A DNA stretch of 64,000 nt from Desulfuromonadales bacterium (GCA_024636295.1 JAGXHI010000042.1:7647-71646), one strand, 5' to 3'; counted from the first letter of the stretch, positions 43,283 to 54,029 are shown. A program made the numbers and translations. The notes: a model not told the origin generated them from the letters alone.

Positions 43283-45790
43283 ATGAAAGCTGTTCTGATG
43301 GCGGGGGGATTCGGTACCCGCATTCATCCCCTGACAATCAATCTGCCCAAACCGATGATCCCCCTGATCAACCGGCCCATCATGCTCCATATCATCGATC
43401 TGCTGAAAAAACATGGAATCAACGATCTGGTTCTGCTCCTGTACCATCAACCGGAGATTATAAAGAATTTTTTCGGAGACGGCAGCGAATTCGGCGTGAA
43501 TATTACCTACGTAACGCCGCTGGAGGATTATGGCACGGCGGGTGCGGTCAAAGCCGCGGCCAAGTTTCTGGACAAACGATTTCTGATCATCAGCGGCGAT
43601 CTGCTGACCGATTTCGACCTTTCCAAGGTCATCGCCTGCCACGAAGCGAACCATTCCAGAGCGACCATCACTCTGACTTCCGTCAAGGATCCTCTGCAGT
43701 TCGGGGTGGTGATCACCGACAAGCAGGGGCGCGTCACTAAATTTCTGGAAAAACCGGGATGGGGCGAGGTCTTTTCCGATACCATCAATACCGGGATTTA
43801 CGTTCTGGAGCCGGAGGTCCTGGATCTTATTCCGGAGGGAGAAAACCGGGACTGGTCCAAGGATATTTTTCCGAAAATGCTCGAAGAAGGAGCGCCCCTG
43901 TATGGCTGCAATCTGAGCGGCTATTGGGCCGACATCGGCAACACCGATGCCTATCTGGCGGCCTGCCATGATATCGCGAGCAAAAAGGTCAAGGTGGACA
44001 TCCGGGAAAAGAAGGTGAAGGACCGGGATATTTATCTGGGGGTGGAGACTCTCGTTGCCGTTCAGAACCTTTCAAACCTGGAGGAGATGGTGGTCCTCGG
44101 GGACAATACCCACGTTCAGGGACTGGCAAGGCTGAAAAACTGCGTCGTGGGGCGCAACTGCATCATCGAGGACGGAGTGGAGCTTGAAGATGCCATCCTC
44201 TGGGACAATGTCTACGTCAAAAAGGGCTCCCGAATCAAGGGGGCGGTGCTCTGCCATAATATCCGCGCCGGACAGGGAATCGTCGTGGAAGAGGGCGCGA
44301 TTATCGGGGATGAAACCACCATCGGAGACGGTGCGCTGATCAAGCAGGACGTGAAGATCTGGCCTCGCAAAGAGGTGGAGGGGGGGTCTACCGTCACCAC
44401 CAACCTGATCTGGGGCGAAAAATGGCGAAAGAGCCTCTTCGAGGGCGCCGAGGTCAGGGGCTTGACCAATGTGGAGCTGACCCCGGAGTTCACGGCGAAG
44501 CTGGGAGCCGCCTACGGCTCCACCCTCCCCAAGGATTCCTTTGTGCTTGCCGGCCGGGACGCCATACGCGCCTCCCGCATGCTGAAGCGATCCTTTGTGG
44601 GCGGACTGCTTTCCGCGGGAGTGAACGTTCGGGACACCAAGATGATTTCTCTTCCCGTTCTCCGGTACAAACTGACGACCTTCGGTGAAACGGGAGGAAT
44701 CCATTTCCGTCAATCCCCCGAGGACCCCGCGGCCACGGAAATCATTTTTTTCGACGCCGAAGGCGTCGAGGTCTCCTCCTCGACCACAAAAGGAATCGAA
44801 AGGGTTTTTTACAAGGAAAACTTCCGACGGGTACACTACTCCGAGCCGGGCGGAATTTCGGAGCTGCCCCGTATCTACGACTTCTACCGGGAAGGCTTCC
44901 TGAGGTCTCTGAATCGGGAAGTACTGAGAAAAACGGCGCCGAAAATCGTACTCGATCTTAACCACTCTCCCGCGGGCAATCTGCTGCCAGGAATTCTCAA
45001 CGAACTCGGATGCGAAGTCATCGAACTCAATTCCCAGGCCACGGAGATGGAAAACGTCAACACCCCGGAGCAGGTCCGCCGGGCCATGGACCAGCTCTCC
45101 CGCATCGTGGTGACGCTGGAAGCCACCGCCGGATTCTGGATGGGACCCTCGGGAGAGCGTGTGCGCCTGGTGGATGAAAAGGGGGGAGAATTCTCCGATC
45201 TCGAAGCCCTTGTCACGCTTTCGGCCCTGGTCTGCAAAGCGGAATCCCTGGGAGCGATTGTTCTTCCCATCCAGGCGCCGTCGATCATCGATGAAGTGGC
45301 CCGGGAGTCCGGCCTGAAGATCCGACGGACAAAATCGGACGGCCGATCCCTGGTGGAGGCGGCCGCCGAACGCGGAGTTCAGTTTTCTGCCGCCATTGAC
45401 GGACGGTTCGCCTTTCCGGCCTTTCAGGCGAATTTCGACGCGCTTTTCACTGTAGCGAAAACACTGGAACTTCTTGGCAAAACCGGATTGTCCCTGAACC
45501 GGATCCGCGAAGAACTCCCACAGAGGGCTTACCGGCAGATCCAGGTACCCTGCTCCTGGGAGCACAAGGGTGGACTCATGCGAAAAATGAGCGAGGATTC
45601 GGTTGATCGGGAAGCCACATTCATCGACGGGGTGAAAGTTCACATGGGCGGGGATTGGGTTCTTTTCCTGCCCGATCAGCACCGCCCGATCGCCCATATC
45701 ATCGCGGATGCGGCGGATGCAGAACAGGCTGATCAGTTGATTGAAACATACCGGCGAAAAGTGGAGGAATGGAAACGGGAACTGGCCTGA
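43283..45790 (+). CDS. bifunctional sugar-1-phosphate nucleotidyltransferase / phosphohexomutase-like protein
   Basis: 835 aa starting MKAVLMAGGFGTRIHPLT..LPKPM. A left-handed beta-helix region follows, then a PGM/PMM-like C-terminal half. Confidence 0.8.
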   Translation: MKAVLMAGGFGTRIHPLTINLPKPMIPLINRPIMLHIIDLLKKHGINDLVLLLYHQPEIIKNFFGDGSEFGVNITYVTPLEDYGTAGAVKAAAKFLDKRFLIISGDLLTDFDLSKVIACHEANHSRATITLTSVKDPLQFGVVITDKQGRVTKFLEKPGWGEVFSDTINTGIYVLEPEVLDLIPEGENRDWSKDIFPKMLEEGAPLYGCNLSGYWADIGNTDAYLAACHDIASKKVKVDIREKKVKDRDIYLGVETLVAVQNLSNLEEMVVLGDNTHVQGLARLKNCVVGRNCIIEDGVELEDAILWDNVYVKKGSRIKGAVLCHNIRAGQGIVVEEGAIIGDETTIGDGALIKQDVKIWPRKEVEGGSTVTTNLIWGEKWRKSLFEGAEVRGLTNVELTPEFTAKLGAAYGSTLPKDSFVLAGRDAIRASRMLKRSFVGGLLSAGVNVRDTKMISLPVLRYKLTTFGETGGIHFRQSPEDPAATEIIFFDAEGVEVSSSTTKGIERVFYKENFRRVHYSEPGGISELPRIYDFYREGFLRSLNREVLRKTAPKIVLDLNHSPAGNLLPGILNELGCEVIELNSQATEMENVNTPEQVRRAMDQLSRIVVTLEATAGFWMGPSGERVRLVDEKGGEFSDLEALVTLSALVCKAESLGAIVLPIQAPSIIDEVARESGLKIRRTKSDGRSLVEAAAERGVQFSAAIDGRFAFPAFQANFDALFTVAKTLELLGKTGLSLNRIREELPQRAYRQIQVPCSWEHKGGLMRKMSEDSVDREATFIDGVKVHMGGDWVLFLPDQHRPIAHIIADAADAEQADQLIETYRRKVEEWKRELA

Positions 45791-45863
45791 TGAAGAGCGG
45801 GAATGCTGGGGCAGCCTGAAAGCTGCTTTTATGCCTCTGAAAAACTGAAGGAAAGGAATCTCC

Positions 45864-46931
45864 GTGTCTGAGCTCCGATGGGATCCTCTGAAAAAGAACT
45901 GGATCATCATGGCCCATGAAAAAGGCCGCATCCCCCGAGATTTTTTTCGGGAGCGGAAACCTCGGATTCTCTCCGTCTGCCCTTTCTGTTATGGAAAAGA
46001 GGAAAAAACGAGTCCCGAAGTTTTCGTGGTCCGTCCGGAAAGCAGTCCTGCCGACACTCCGGGATGGCAGGTGCGCGTCATCCCGAACAAGTATCCGGTT
46101 CTGAATGCGGAGGGACGGCCAGATGAGCGGAGCCGCGGCCTTTTCCGGAGCATGGAGGGCGTCGGCGTCCATGAAATCATCATCGAGACGCCGGACCATG
46201 AACGCGGGCTTGCGGATCTCTCTCCCGGAGAAATCGTCAATGTTCTTTTCGCCTACCGTGCGCGTATGCTCGCACTGCGCGGGGATGATCGTTTACGCTA
46301 TGTTCTCCTCTTCAAGAATTATGGGGAGGAGGCCGGCGAGGGAATCTCCCATTCCCATTCTCAACTGATTGCCGTTCCCGTGGTCCCGCCGGTTACGGCC
46401 GCCGAAATCGAAGCATGTCGGGAATTCCACGAAAGCGAAGGAGACTGCCTTCTGTGCGCCATGCTGCGACAGGAAAGGGCCGAGGGCGAGCGGATTATCC
46501 TGGAGAATGAACACTTCATCGCCTTTGCGCCGTATGCATCGGGGTTTCCCTTTGAAATGCGCATTTTTCCACTGGTGCATTGCCATGATTTCTCCCGGAT
46601 TACCGACCAGGAGATGGCATCGTTAGCGTCGGCCCTGAAGGATGTGCTGCAGCGTCTGAAAAAGCTGCTGAGAGATCCTTCCTACAACTTCATCCTCCAC
46701 ACCGCCCCTCCACCCCCGCAGGCGGAGGAGAACGCAAATGGACTTCCTGGCTGTTATCATTGGCATCTGGAAATGATCCCCCGACTTACAAAAATTACAG
46801 GACTCGAATGGGGTTCGGGATTTCAGGTAAATCCCATGCCGCCTGAACCCGCTGCCGCCTTCCTGAGGGAAGTGAATATTTCTGCACTCGATGAGCCCTT
46901 CGACATCATTTACCGATTTTCACAGGAATAA
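45864..46931 (+). CDS. galT: galactose-1-phosphate uridylyltransferase-family (HIT superfamily) nucleotidyl/phosphorylase enzyme
   Basis: CPFCYG zinc motif and SHSHSQLIA active-site motif. GTG start at 45864. Confidence 0.8.
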   Translation: MSELRWDPLKKNWIIMAHEKGRIPRDFFRERKPRILSVCPFCYGKEEKTSPEVFVVRPESSPADTPGWQVRVIPNKYPVLNAEGRPDERSRGLFRSMEGVGVHEIIIETPDHERGLADLSPGEIVNVLFAYRARMLALRGDDRLRYVLLFKNYGEEAGEGISHSHSQLIAVPVVPPVTAAEIEACREFHESEGDCLLCAMLRQERAEGERIILENEHFIAFAPYASGFPFEMRIFPLVHCHDFSRITDQEMASLASALKDVLQRLKKLLRDPSYNFILHTAPPPPQAEENANGLPGCYHWHLEMIPRLTKITGLEWGSGFQVNPMPPEPAAAFLREVNISALDEPFDIIYRFSQE

Positions 46932-46934
46932 ATA

Positions 46935-49900
46935 ATGATTATGAATTCCGATCAGAACCGAACGACGTATTTTCCTCTTTCCATCCAATTCTCTGCCAGT
47001 GCGTGGAAGGATCTCGACCTTTCGAGCCTGGATTTCCGGACGGCGCCATCCCGGCATTACCCGATCATGAAATTGGCCGACGCCCTTCAGAAAAAGAAAC
47101 CCGGAAGACCCACAACCGCCGGTCAGCTCAATCTGCTGGGCCTTTTGAATACGACCTTCCGATTGATGGCCGAGAGCTATCTCGGGAAAAGGCACTGCCG
47201 GATCGGGCTGGACCGTCTCGAGATCGCAGAACGGCCCATTTCTCTGTCCGGCCTGGCGCCTGCAATGGAAGGATTCGTGCGCCTGTACCCCCCCTCCGCC
47301 GTGCGCGAGGGAAAAACTTTCGAGGACTTCCTGCGAGGAGACGGCGGCAGTGGAAACAGAAATCTGACCATTGTCGAGCTCTTCGTCCTGGCCACGCAAA
47401 TGTCCAATCCGGCGGCCGCCGACGCCGTAGAGCTGTTCGACGATTCCGACCTGCGGCGCTTCTGTCCCTACCAGAGGCTTCTCTCCGAGATCGATGAACA
47501 TCTGAGGGACAAGGCGATTCCCGGATTGATGGGGCGCTCACTGTTCGAAATCCTTGCCATGCCCATCCAGAATTCACCCAATTCTCTCTCTGGACAGCTC
47601 GATTACATCCGGCGCAACTGGTCGGATTTCCTGCCTCCGGAGCTTCTTCAAGGGATCCAGACAGGACTGGACATTCTGAAGGAAGAGCAGGTGATGCGCG
47701 GCTTCGAGCCCGGACCGATACCGGTACCCCGGTTCGGACCCCGCGCCACCGATTTCAGTTATGAGGAACCGGAGCGTTTTTCTCCCGATGCGGACTGGAT
47801 GTCCAATGTGGTACTGATCGCCAAGACCATATACGTTTGGCTCCATCAGCTTACCGAACGATACGGCCGCCCCATTACACGTCTCGACCAGATCCCCGAC
47901 GAGGAACTCGACACCCTTGGAAGATGGGGCTTCACCGGTCTCTGGCTGATCGGAATCTTCGAACGTTCTCCCGCCTCCCAGAAAATCAAGCAGATCATGG
48001 GCAATCCCGAGGCGGTCTCCTCAGCCTATTCTCTGTACGACTATGTGGTGGCACGGGATCTCGGGGGCGAGGAAGCACTGGCCGATCTCCGGGAACGGTG
48101 TTCCCGACGGGGCATTCGCCTGGGGTGCGATGTCGTCCCGAACCACACGGGGATTTATTCCCGCTGGACAAGAGAGCACCCCGACTGGTTTGTTCAGATG
48201 GATTATCCTCCGTATCCGTCGTACCGCTTCTCCGGCGCCGATCTCTCGGAAGACAGCAATCTCGGAATCTACATCGAGGACGGCTACTGGAACCACACCG
48301 ACGCAGCGGTTGTTTTCAAGCATGTGGATCGCCGTAGCGGAAGAGAAAGGTTCATCTATCACGGAAATGACGGGACTCATCTCCCCTGGAACGACACCGC
48401 TCAGCTCAATTTTTTGATCCCCGAAGTGCGCGAGGCGATGATCCGCACCATTCTCCACGTGGCGCGCACCTTCCGGATCATCCGTTTCGACGCGGCGATG
48501 ACGCTGGCCAAGAAACACTATCAACGCCTTTGGTTTCCACAGCCCGGGGGCGCCGCCGGCGTTCCCAGCCGGGCGGAACACTCGATGAGCCGCGAAGAAT
48601 TCGAACGGGTTTTCCCCGAGGAATTCTGGCGGGAGGTGGTGGACCGTGTGGCCGCCGAAGTTCCCGACACCCTCCTCCTGGCCGAGGCTTTCTGGCTGAT
48701 GGAAGGCTACTTCGTCCGGACGCTGGGGATGCACCGGGTCTACAACAGCGCCTTCATGAACATGCTGAAAACAGAGGACAATGCCAAGTACAGGAGCGTC
48801 CTCAAAAACATTCTTGATTTCAATCCCGAGATCATCAAGCGCTTCGTCAACTTCATGAACAACCCCGACGAGGCCACGGCGGTGGAACAATTCGGGACGG
48901 GAGACAAGTTCTTCGGCGTATCGGTGCTTCTGGTCACCATGCCCGGCCTCCCCATGTTCGGACATGGACAGGTCGAAGGTCTGCGGGAAAAATACGGGAT
49001 GGAATTCCGCAGGCCCTATTGGGACGAGAAGATCGACGAGGCCATGGTCCGCCATCACGTCAATCAGATCTTTCCCCTGATGCGCCGCCGGCACCTGTTC
49101 AGCGGCTCGGAACAGTTTGTCCTGTACGATTTTCAGACCGGCGATCACGTGAATGAGGATGTCTTTGCCTACAGCAATCGCTGGGGGGAAGAACGAACCC
49201 TGGTGATCTACAACAATTCCCCGGGAGCAACTGAAGGTTTCATCGGGGAATCCGTTCCGAAAATGATCAAGGATTCCTCCGGAGGGCAGACAACCATCCG
49301 ACCAAATATGGGTGAAGCGCTCGACTTTCGGCAGGACGAGGGCCGAATCTATTACCGATTCAGGGATTATCGCACCGGAATGGAGTATCTTCGTCATGGA
49401 AGGGATCTGAGGAACAATGGATTTCATCTTTCCCTCGGCCCCTATCAGTATTATACTTTCCTCGATTTTCGTGAAATCTTCGATGAAGAGGGGCTGTGGA
49501 GGGAAATCTGCAACACGCTGCAAGGACGCCCCGTCGAGAATCTCGATCTGGAATGGAAGAAGCGAAAGTACGCTCCGCTGCTCGACTCTTTCCGCCGGAC
49601 CGTCTCACCGGAACGTCTCGAGAAGATGGGCCGTGCCATCCACTTGCCCGAGAGCCGTTGGAAAAAATCCGCGGAGGTTTTCGATTTTCTGGAGACGGCC
49701 GGAAAATTTTATCGGGAGCTGAAAGTTTTCGCGAGAGCAGACGAAGAGATCAGACCTCTGGAAAAGGGACTGCGGGAGGATCTCGAGGCCATCCGTCTGC
49801 TGGCCGGCATGAAGAGCCGCTCCCGCCGGGAGCGGGAGGCCATCGCCCGCTGGCGCGAAGGTCTGCCTCCCCGGGCGGACGATAAGATCGGAGGCCAGGA

Positions 49901-50426
49901 CCGTTTCCTGAGGATTGTTCTTCCCTGGGCATTGCTCCGTCGGATTGGAGAGTTGGGCGGGACGGATGAAGTTCCCGAGCGCTCGGCCGAATGGATGGAG
50001 GAGTTCCTGCTGAGCTTCGTCCTCCAGGAAATCCTTGGAAGCGCCGAAGCCCCCTTCCATCTTCCCGACTGGGAAGCAGCCGGCGAAGTCCTGCTGGTTG
50101 AGACTCTCGTCCGAAACCAGCGGAGTGCAACCACTTCACCGGAAAGCCTGGAAGATGCGTTGCCGGAGATGTTCCGGGATTCGCGGGTTCAGCTTTTCCT
50201 CGGCTCCAACTGGCACAATGGCATATTGTGGTTTAATAAGGAGCGATTGGAAACCATCACTTTCTGGAGGTTTTTCACCTCCATCGTGACGGCGCTTCCC
50301 ATTGAGAAGGAAGAAGCCGAACGGCTGGAATATCTGACGGAAGAATGTGCATATCTGTCCGGAATCCTCGATGCGGCGGAAAGGTCCGGGTATCAAATGG
50401 AAAAATTTATAAATTCGCTCCCGTGA
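46935..50426 (+). CDS. large alpha-amylase-family (GH13-like) protein
   Basis: 1163 aa. The central catalytic blocks are DVVPNHTG, IIRFDAAMTL and LLLAEAFW. The N- and C-terminal extensions are long and unassigned. Confidence 0.8.
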   Translation: MIMNSDQNRTTYFPLSIQFSASAWKDLDLSSLDFRTAPSRHYPIMKLADALQKKKPGRPTTAGQLNLLGLLNTTFRLMAESYLGKRHCRIGLDRLEIAERPISLSGLAPAMEGFVRLYPPSAVREGKTFEDFLRGDGGSGNRNLTIVELFVLATQMSNPAAADAVELFDDSDLRRFCPYQRLLSEIDEHLRDKAIPGLMGRSLFEILAMPIQNSPNSLSGQLDYIRRNWSDFLPPELLQGIQTGLDILKEEQVMRGFEPGPIPVPRFGPRATDFSYEEPERFSPDADWMSNVVLIAKTIYVWLHQLTERYGRPITRLDQIPDEELDTLGRWGFTGLWLIGIFERSPASQKIKQIMGNPEAVSSAYSLYDYVVARDLGGEEALADLRERCSRRGIRLGCDVVPNHTGIYSRWTREHPDWFVQMDYPPYPSYRFSGADLSEDSNLGIYIEDGYWNHTDAAVVFKHVDRRSGRERFIYHGNDGTHLPWNDTAQLNFLIPEVREAMIRTILHVARTFRIIRFDAAMTLAKKHYQRLWFPQPGGAAGVPSRAEHSMSREEFERVFPEEFWREVVDRVAAEVPDTLLLAEAFWLMEGYFVRTLGMHRVYNSAFMNMLKTEDNAKYRSVLKNILDFNPEIIKRFVNFMNNPDEATAVEQFGTGDKFFGVSVLLVTMPGLPMFGHGQVEGLREKYGMEFRRPYWDEKIDEAMVRHHVNQIFPLMRRRHLFSGSEQFVLYDFQTGDHVNEDVFAYSNRWGEERTLVIYNNSPGATEGFIGESVPKMIKDSSGGQTTIRPNMGEALDFRQDEGRIYYRFRDYRTGMEYLRHGRDLRNNGFHLSLGPYQYYTFLDFREIFDEEGLWREICNTLQGRPVENLDLEWKKRKYAPLLDSFRRTVSPERLEKMGRAIHLPESRWKKSAEVFDFLETAGKFYRELKVFARADEEIRPLEKGLREDLEAIRLLAGMKSRSRREREAIARWREGLPPRADDKIGGQDRFLRIVLPWALLRRIGELGGTDEVPERSAEWMEEFLLSFVLQEILGSAEAPFHLPDWEAAGEVLLVETLVRNQRSATTSPESLEDALPEMFRDSRVQLFLGSNWHNGILWFNKERLETITFWRFFTSIVTALPIEKEEAERLEYLTEECAYLSGILDAAERSGYQMEKFINSLP

Positions 50427-50503
50427 CCTTGCTTTTTCAAAGTTAATTAGTATCCGTCCGGAAACCCGGGAAGCATTATATAAATCGTCTTAAAGGCGGA
50501 TTC

Positions 50504-51958
50504 ATGAAAATTCTTTTCGTCACCTCAGAAGCGGCCCCCTTCGCCAAAACGGGAGGACTCGCAGATGTCGCAGGCTCTCTTCCCCTGACGCTGCGCAGGC
50601 TGGGCCACGACATCCGTGTCATTCTTCCCTCCTATCAATCGATCGAGGAGAAGGGATACTCCGTTCGCAAGGGACGCAAAAGCGTGGAGGTGACCATCGA
50701 CGGGGCCGCTCAGAAGGGGCTTCTGAGACAGAGTTCCATTGACGGGCTACCCTTTTTCTTCATTGAAAACCGGAATTACTTCAACCGGGAAGGCCTCTAT
50801 GGAACGGAAGAGGGAGATTACCCCGACAACGCCCAACGTTTCGGATTTTTCTGCCGCGCCGTCCTCGCCCTGCTGCGGCGAATGGATTTTCGCCCCGATG
50901 TTCTTCATCTGAACGACTGGCAGACCGGGCTTATTCCCGTGCTGCTAAAGACCGAATTCAGGGACGATCCTTTCTACTCCTCCATGGGAACCCTGATGAC
51001 GATCCACAATCTGGGCTATCAGGGCATCTTCCCACCCTCGGCCCTGTCCTCGCTCGGACTCTCCCCCACCCTGATGTCCGTGGAGGGTCTCGAGTATTTC
51101 GGGGACATCTCCTTCCTTAAGGGCGGAGTGCTATATTCCGACCTGCTGAGTACCGTTTCCGAGACGTATTGCCGGGAAATTCAGACGCCGGAAATGGGAT
51201 TCGGGTTCGATGGTCTGCTGTCCCGTCGCAGCAGGAACCTCTTTGGCATCCTGAACGGGCTGGACGACAAGCTCTGGGACCCGGGACTGGACAGCGCACT
51301 GGTCTCTCCCTACGGAGCAAGCGACCTCCGGGGAAAGAATACCAACAAGAAAATGCTCCAGAAAGAACTGGGGCTGCAGACCTCTTCAGGCATTCCGATC
51401 GTCTCCATGGTGACTCGGCTGGATACGCAAAAAGGATTGGGCCTCCTCGAAGAGGCCTGGGAAGAACTGATGCACCGCGATCTGCAGATGGTCATCCTGG
51501 GCACGGGCCAAAGAAAGCATATGGAGTTCTTCGCCGGCATGCAGGACCGGTTTCCCGGGAAGGTTTCGATCAATCTTGCATTCGATGAAAGTCTTGCCCG
51601 CCGCATCTATGCCGGCAGCGACCTGTTTCTCATGCCCAGCCTGTACGAGCCCTGCGGACTCGGCCAACTCATCGCCCTGCGCTATGGCGCACTGCCATTG
51701 GTTCGCAGGACAGGGGGACTTGCCGATACGGTGACGGATCCGGAGGAAAATTCGCAAAATGCCAATGGCTTCAGTTTCAAAAAGGCCTCCGGGGCAGCGC
51801 TGATCCAGGCATTGGACAGGGCCCTGGTCCAGTTCAAGGATCGCCGTGCCTGGCTCAAGATGGTGCGCCGGGGAATGAACCAGGATTTTTCGTGGACCCG
51901 CTCGGCGCAGCGCTATCTGGAAATCTATCGCAAAACCATGGAGGTCAGGAATGTCTGA
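50504..51958 (+). CDS. glgA: glycogen synthase (ADP-glucose type)
   Basis: MKILFVTSEAAPFAKTGGLADVAGSLP, then HNLGYQG and C-terminal PSLYEPCGL. Confidence 0.95.
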   Translation: MKILFVTSEAAPFAKTGGLADVAGSLPLTLRRLGHDIRVILPSYQSIEEKGYSVRKGRKSVEVTIDGAAQKGLLRQSSIDGLPFFFIENRNYFNREGLYGTEEGDYPDNAQRFGFFCRAVLALLRRMDFRPDVLHLNDWQTGLIPVLLKTEFRDDPFYSSMGTLMTIHNLGYQGIFPPSALSSLGLSPTLMSVEGLEYFGDISFLKGGVLYSDLLSTVSETYCREIQTPEMGFGFDGLLSRRSRNLFGILNGLDDKLWDPGLDSALVSPYGASDLRGKNTNKKMLQKELGLQTSSGIPIVSMVTRLDTQKGLGLLEEAWEELMHRDLQMVILGTGQRKHMEFFAGMQDRFPGKVSINLAFDESLARRIYAGSDLFLMPSLYEPCGLGQLIALRYGALPLVRRTGGLADTVTDPEENSQNANGFSFKKASGAALIQALDRALVQFKDRRAWLKMVRRGMNQDFSWTRSAQRYLEIYRKTMEVRNV

Positions 51959-52169
51959 AGAATCCGATCGCCCCTTTCACCGGGAGACGCGATATGAGCC
52001 GGACTCAAATGAGAGCCGGTTCCCGGATCTGGAGGAACTTCAAAAGGAAATCGATAAACGTATCCGTGACAACCGGAGATTTCTGGAACGTTTTCTGGAT
52101 GACGATTTCGAGGAGCAGAACGAAGAAGAGGAATCTGAAAGTGAGGAAGACGAATTCGAGGAGCTGTAA
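51951..52169 (+). CDS. small, highly acidic hypothetical protein
   Basis: 72 aa. Its start codon overlaps the 3' end of glgA by 8 nt, ahead of the glgA stop. The tail is EEQNEEEESESEEDEFEEL. Coding status rests on the coupling only. Confidence 0.5.
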   Translation: MSEESDRPFHRETRYEPDSNESRFPDLEELQKEIDKRIRDNRRFLERFLDDDFEEQNEEEESESEEDEFEEL

Positions 52170-52215
52170 AGCGGGCACGAGGCCCAAGGTTCAAGGTTCA
52201 GCTTGCCGCTTGCCG

Positions 52216-52509
52216 TTAACACTCACTTTTAATTTTTTTGAGATATTCCTCCCACTCGATCGGAAGCAGGCTTTGCTTGCGGTTGTTGCAGTCCTTGCAG
52301 GACGGTACGCAGTTGCCCCTGGTGCTTCTCCCTCCCCGCACCAGGGGTACGACATGGTCCAGAGTCAACTCCCCGGGAGCAAACTGGCGGCCGCAATAAT
52401 GACAGACGCCTCGGGCGATGCGATTTTTCCACCACTGTGACTTGCGCAGCTCCCGGGCGCGGGCTCGCTCCCGGCGCAGATGTTCCTCTGAAATCTCGAA
52501 TCCGTCCAA
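52216..52509 (-). CDS. small stand-alone HNH endonuclease
   Basis: CHYCG..LTLDHVVPLVRGG..NCVPSCKDCNNRK. The TTG at 52509 lies 6 nt after AAGGGAGG and is more convincing than the track's TTG at 52560. Confidence 0.8.
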   Translation of the reverse strand: MDGFEISEEHLRRERARARELRKSQWWKNRIARGVCHYCGRQFAPGELTLDHVVPLVRGGRSTRGNCVPSCKDCNNRKQSLLPIEWEEYLKKIKSEC

Positions 52510-52673
52510 ACGAAAACCTCCCTTGTGTGCACATGAAAGTCTAAACGAAAACCACGACAATCCGCAACCTTCCCCTTCCGTGATTCGGACATCTTGAACA
52601 TTATCGGATTTTGTGCCATTTTGATGCGTCCCGAACTCGAACCTGAGGGGAATCCATTAATGATCGGATCGCG

Positions 52674-54029
52674 ATGAAAATTCTGATTATAGGCGCCGGA
52701 CAGGTGGGCTATTTTCTCTGCGAACGTCTTTCGCTCGAAGGGCATGAGGTCGTGCTGGTCGACCGCAACCAGGAGAACCTGGGCCGCATCCAGGACCGGC
52801 TGAATGTTCTCGGAATTCTCGGCAATGGCGCCAGCGCCGAAATACTCGAACAGGCCGGGATCAAGGAGGCGGAGATCTTCATCGCCGTCACCGATCTTGA
52901 CGAGGTGAATATTCTGGCCTGTCTCCTGGCCCGGGAATACGAGGTGCCCACACGGATCGCCCGGATCAAGAGCATTGAATATACCTCTCGGGGAGCCGTC
53001 CTTTCAAAGGAAAAACTCGGCATCGATCTGCTCATCAATCCGGATGACGCCGTGGCCGAGGAACTGGTGACGCTCTCCACCCGCTCCGGGGTTTTCGATG
53101 TTGCCGAGTTCGTCGAGGGTCAGATTCATTTTCTCGGCTATCAGATCAGCGAAGACAATCCCCTTTGCGATCTCACCCTGCGGGAACTGGGAGAGATCCG
53201 GGGAATGTACCGCTTCCTCCTGACTGCAATCACCCGGAATGGACGAACCATCATTCCCCGGGGGGATGACAAGATACAGGCGGGAGACCGCATTTTCGTC
53301 TTCGCACACCAGAAGGACCTCCCGGCCATTCAGTACATGCTGCACCTCGAAGAGGGGACGGAGCAGAAAAAAAAGGGTTCCCGGGCATTCATTCTCGGCG
53401 GAGGCCGCATTGGCCTTCATATCGCCAGGCACCTCGAACACAGTAATTTCGAGGTTAAGCTGGTAGACCGGGACGAGAAACGGTGCGAGGTCCTCTCGGC
53501 CAAACTCAAAAAGACCCTCGTTCTGCATGCCGAGGGAACCGACATGCGCACTCTCTCGGAAGAAGGCATCGAGCACGCCGATATCTTCATCGCGGTCACC
53601 AGCAAGGACGAAACGAACATCCTCTGCTCCCTTCTTGCACGCCAGTACGGCGCCGGCCGCACGCTGGCCCTGATCAACAAACCCGAGCTTCTGAACCTGG
53701 CGCCGACCCTGGGCATCAATGTCTGCATCTCATCGCGACTGGCGGCGGCGAACACGATTCTCAAGTACGTGCGCCGCAGCGAGGTAATCTCCCTGGCGAC
53801 ACTGGAAGGAAGCAATTCCGAGGTCCTGGAAATTCTCGTGAAGAAGGACAGCATCATCGGTGTTCCGCTGAAGGACCTTCATTTTCCTCAGGGAGCGATC
53901 ATCGGAGCGATCGTTCGTGGAGAAAACTACGAGATTCCCACCGGGGAGAGCCGCCTCGAGTCCGGCGATCGCGTCGTGATTTTCGCCCTGCCGGGCGCTT
54001 TGGCCCGAATCGAGAAGTTTTTTACCTAA
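52674..54029 (+). CDS. trkA: Trk potassium uptake system NAD-binding protein
   Basis: MKILIIGAGQVG, and a second Rossmann repeat FILGGGRIG. Confidence 0.93.
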   Translation: MKILIIGAGQVGYFLCERLSLEGHEVVLVDRNQENLGRIQDRLNVLGILGNGASAEILEQAGIKEAEIFIAVTDLDEVNILACLLAREYEVPTRIARIKSIEYTSRGAVLSKEKLGIDLLINPDDAVAEELVTLSTRSGVFDVAEFVEGQIHFLGYQISEDNPLCDLTLRELGEIRGMYRFLLTAITRNGRTIIPRGDDKIQAGDRIFVFAHQKDLPAIQYMLHLEEGTEQKKKGSRAFILGGGRIGLHIARHLEHSNFEVKLVDRDEKRCEVLSAKLKKTLVLHAEGTDMRTLSEEGIEHADIFIAVTSKDETNILCSLLARQYGAGRTLALINKPELLNLAPTLGINVCISSRLAAANTILKYVRRSEVISLATLEGSNSEVLEILVKKDSIIGVPLKDLHFPQGAIIGAIVRGENYEIPTGESRLESGDRVVIFALPGALARIEKFFT

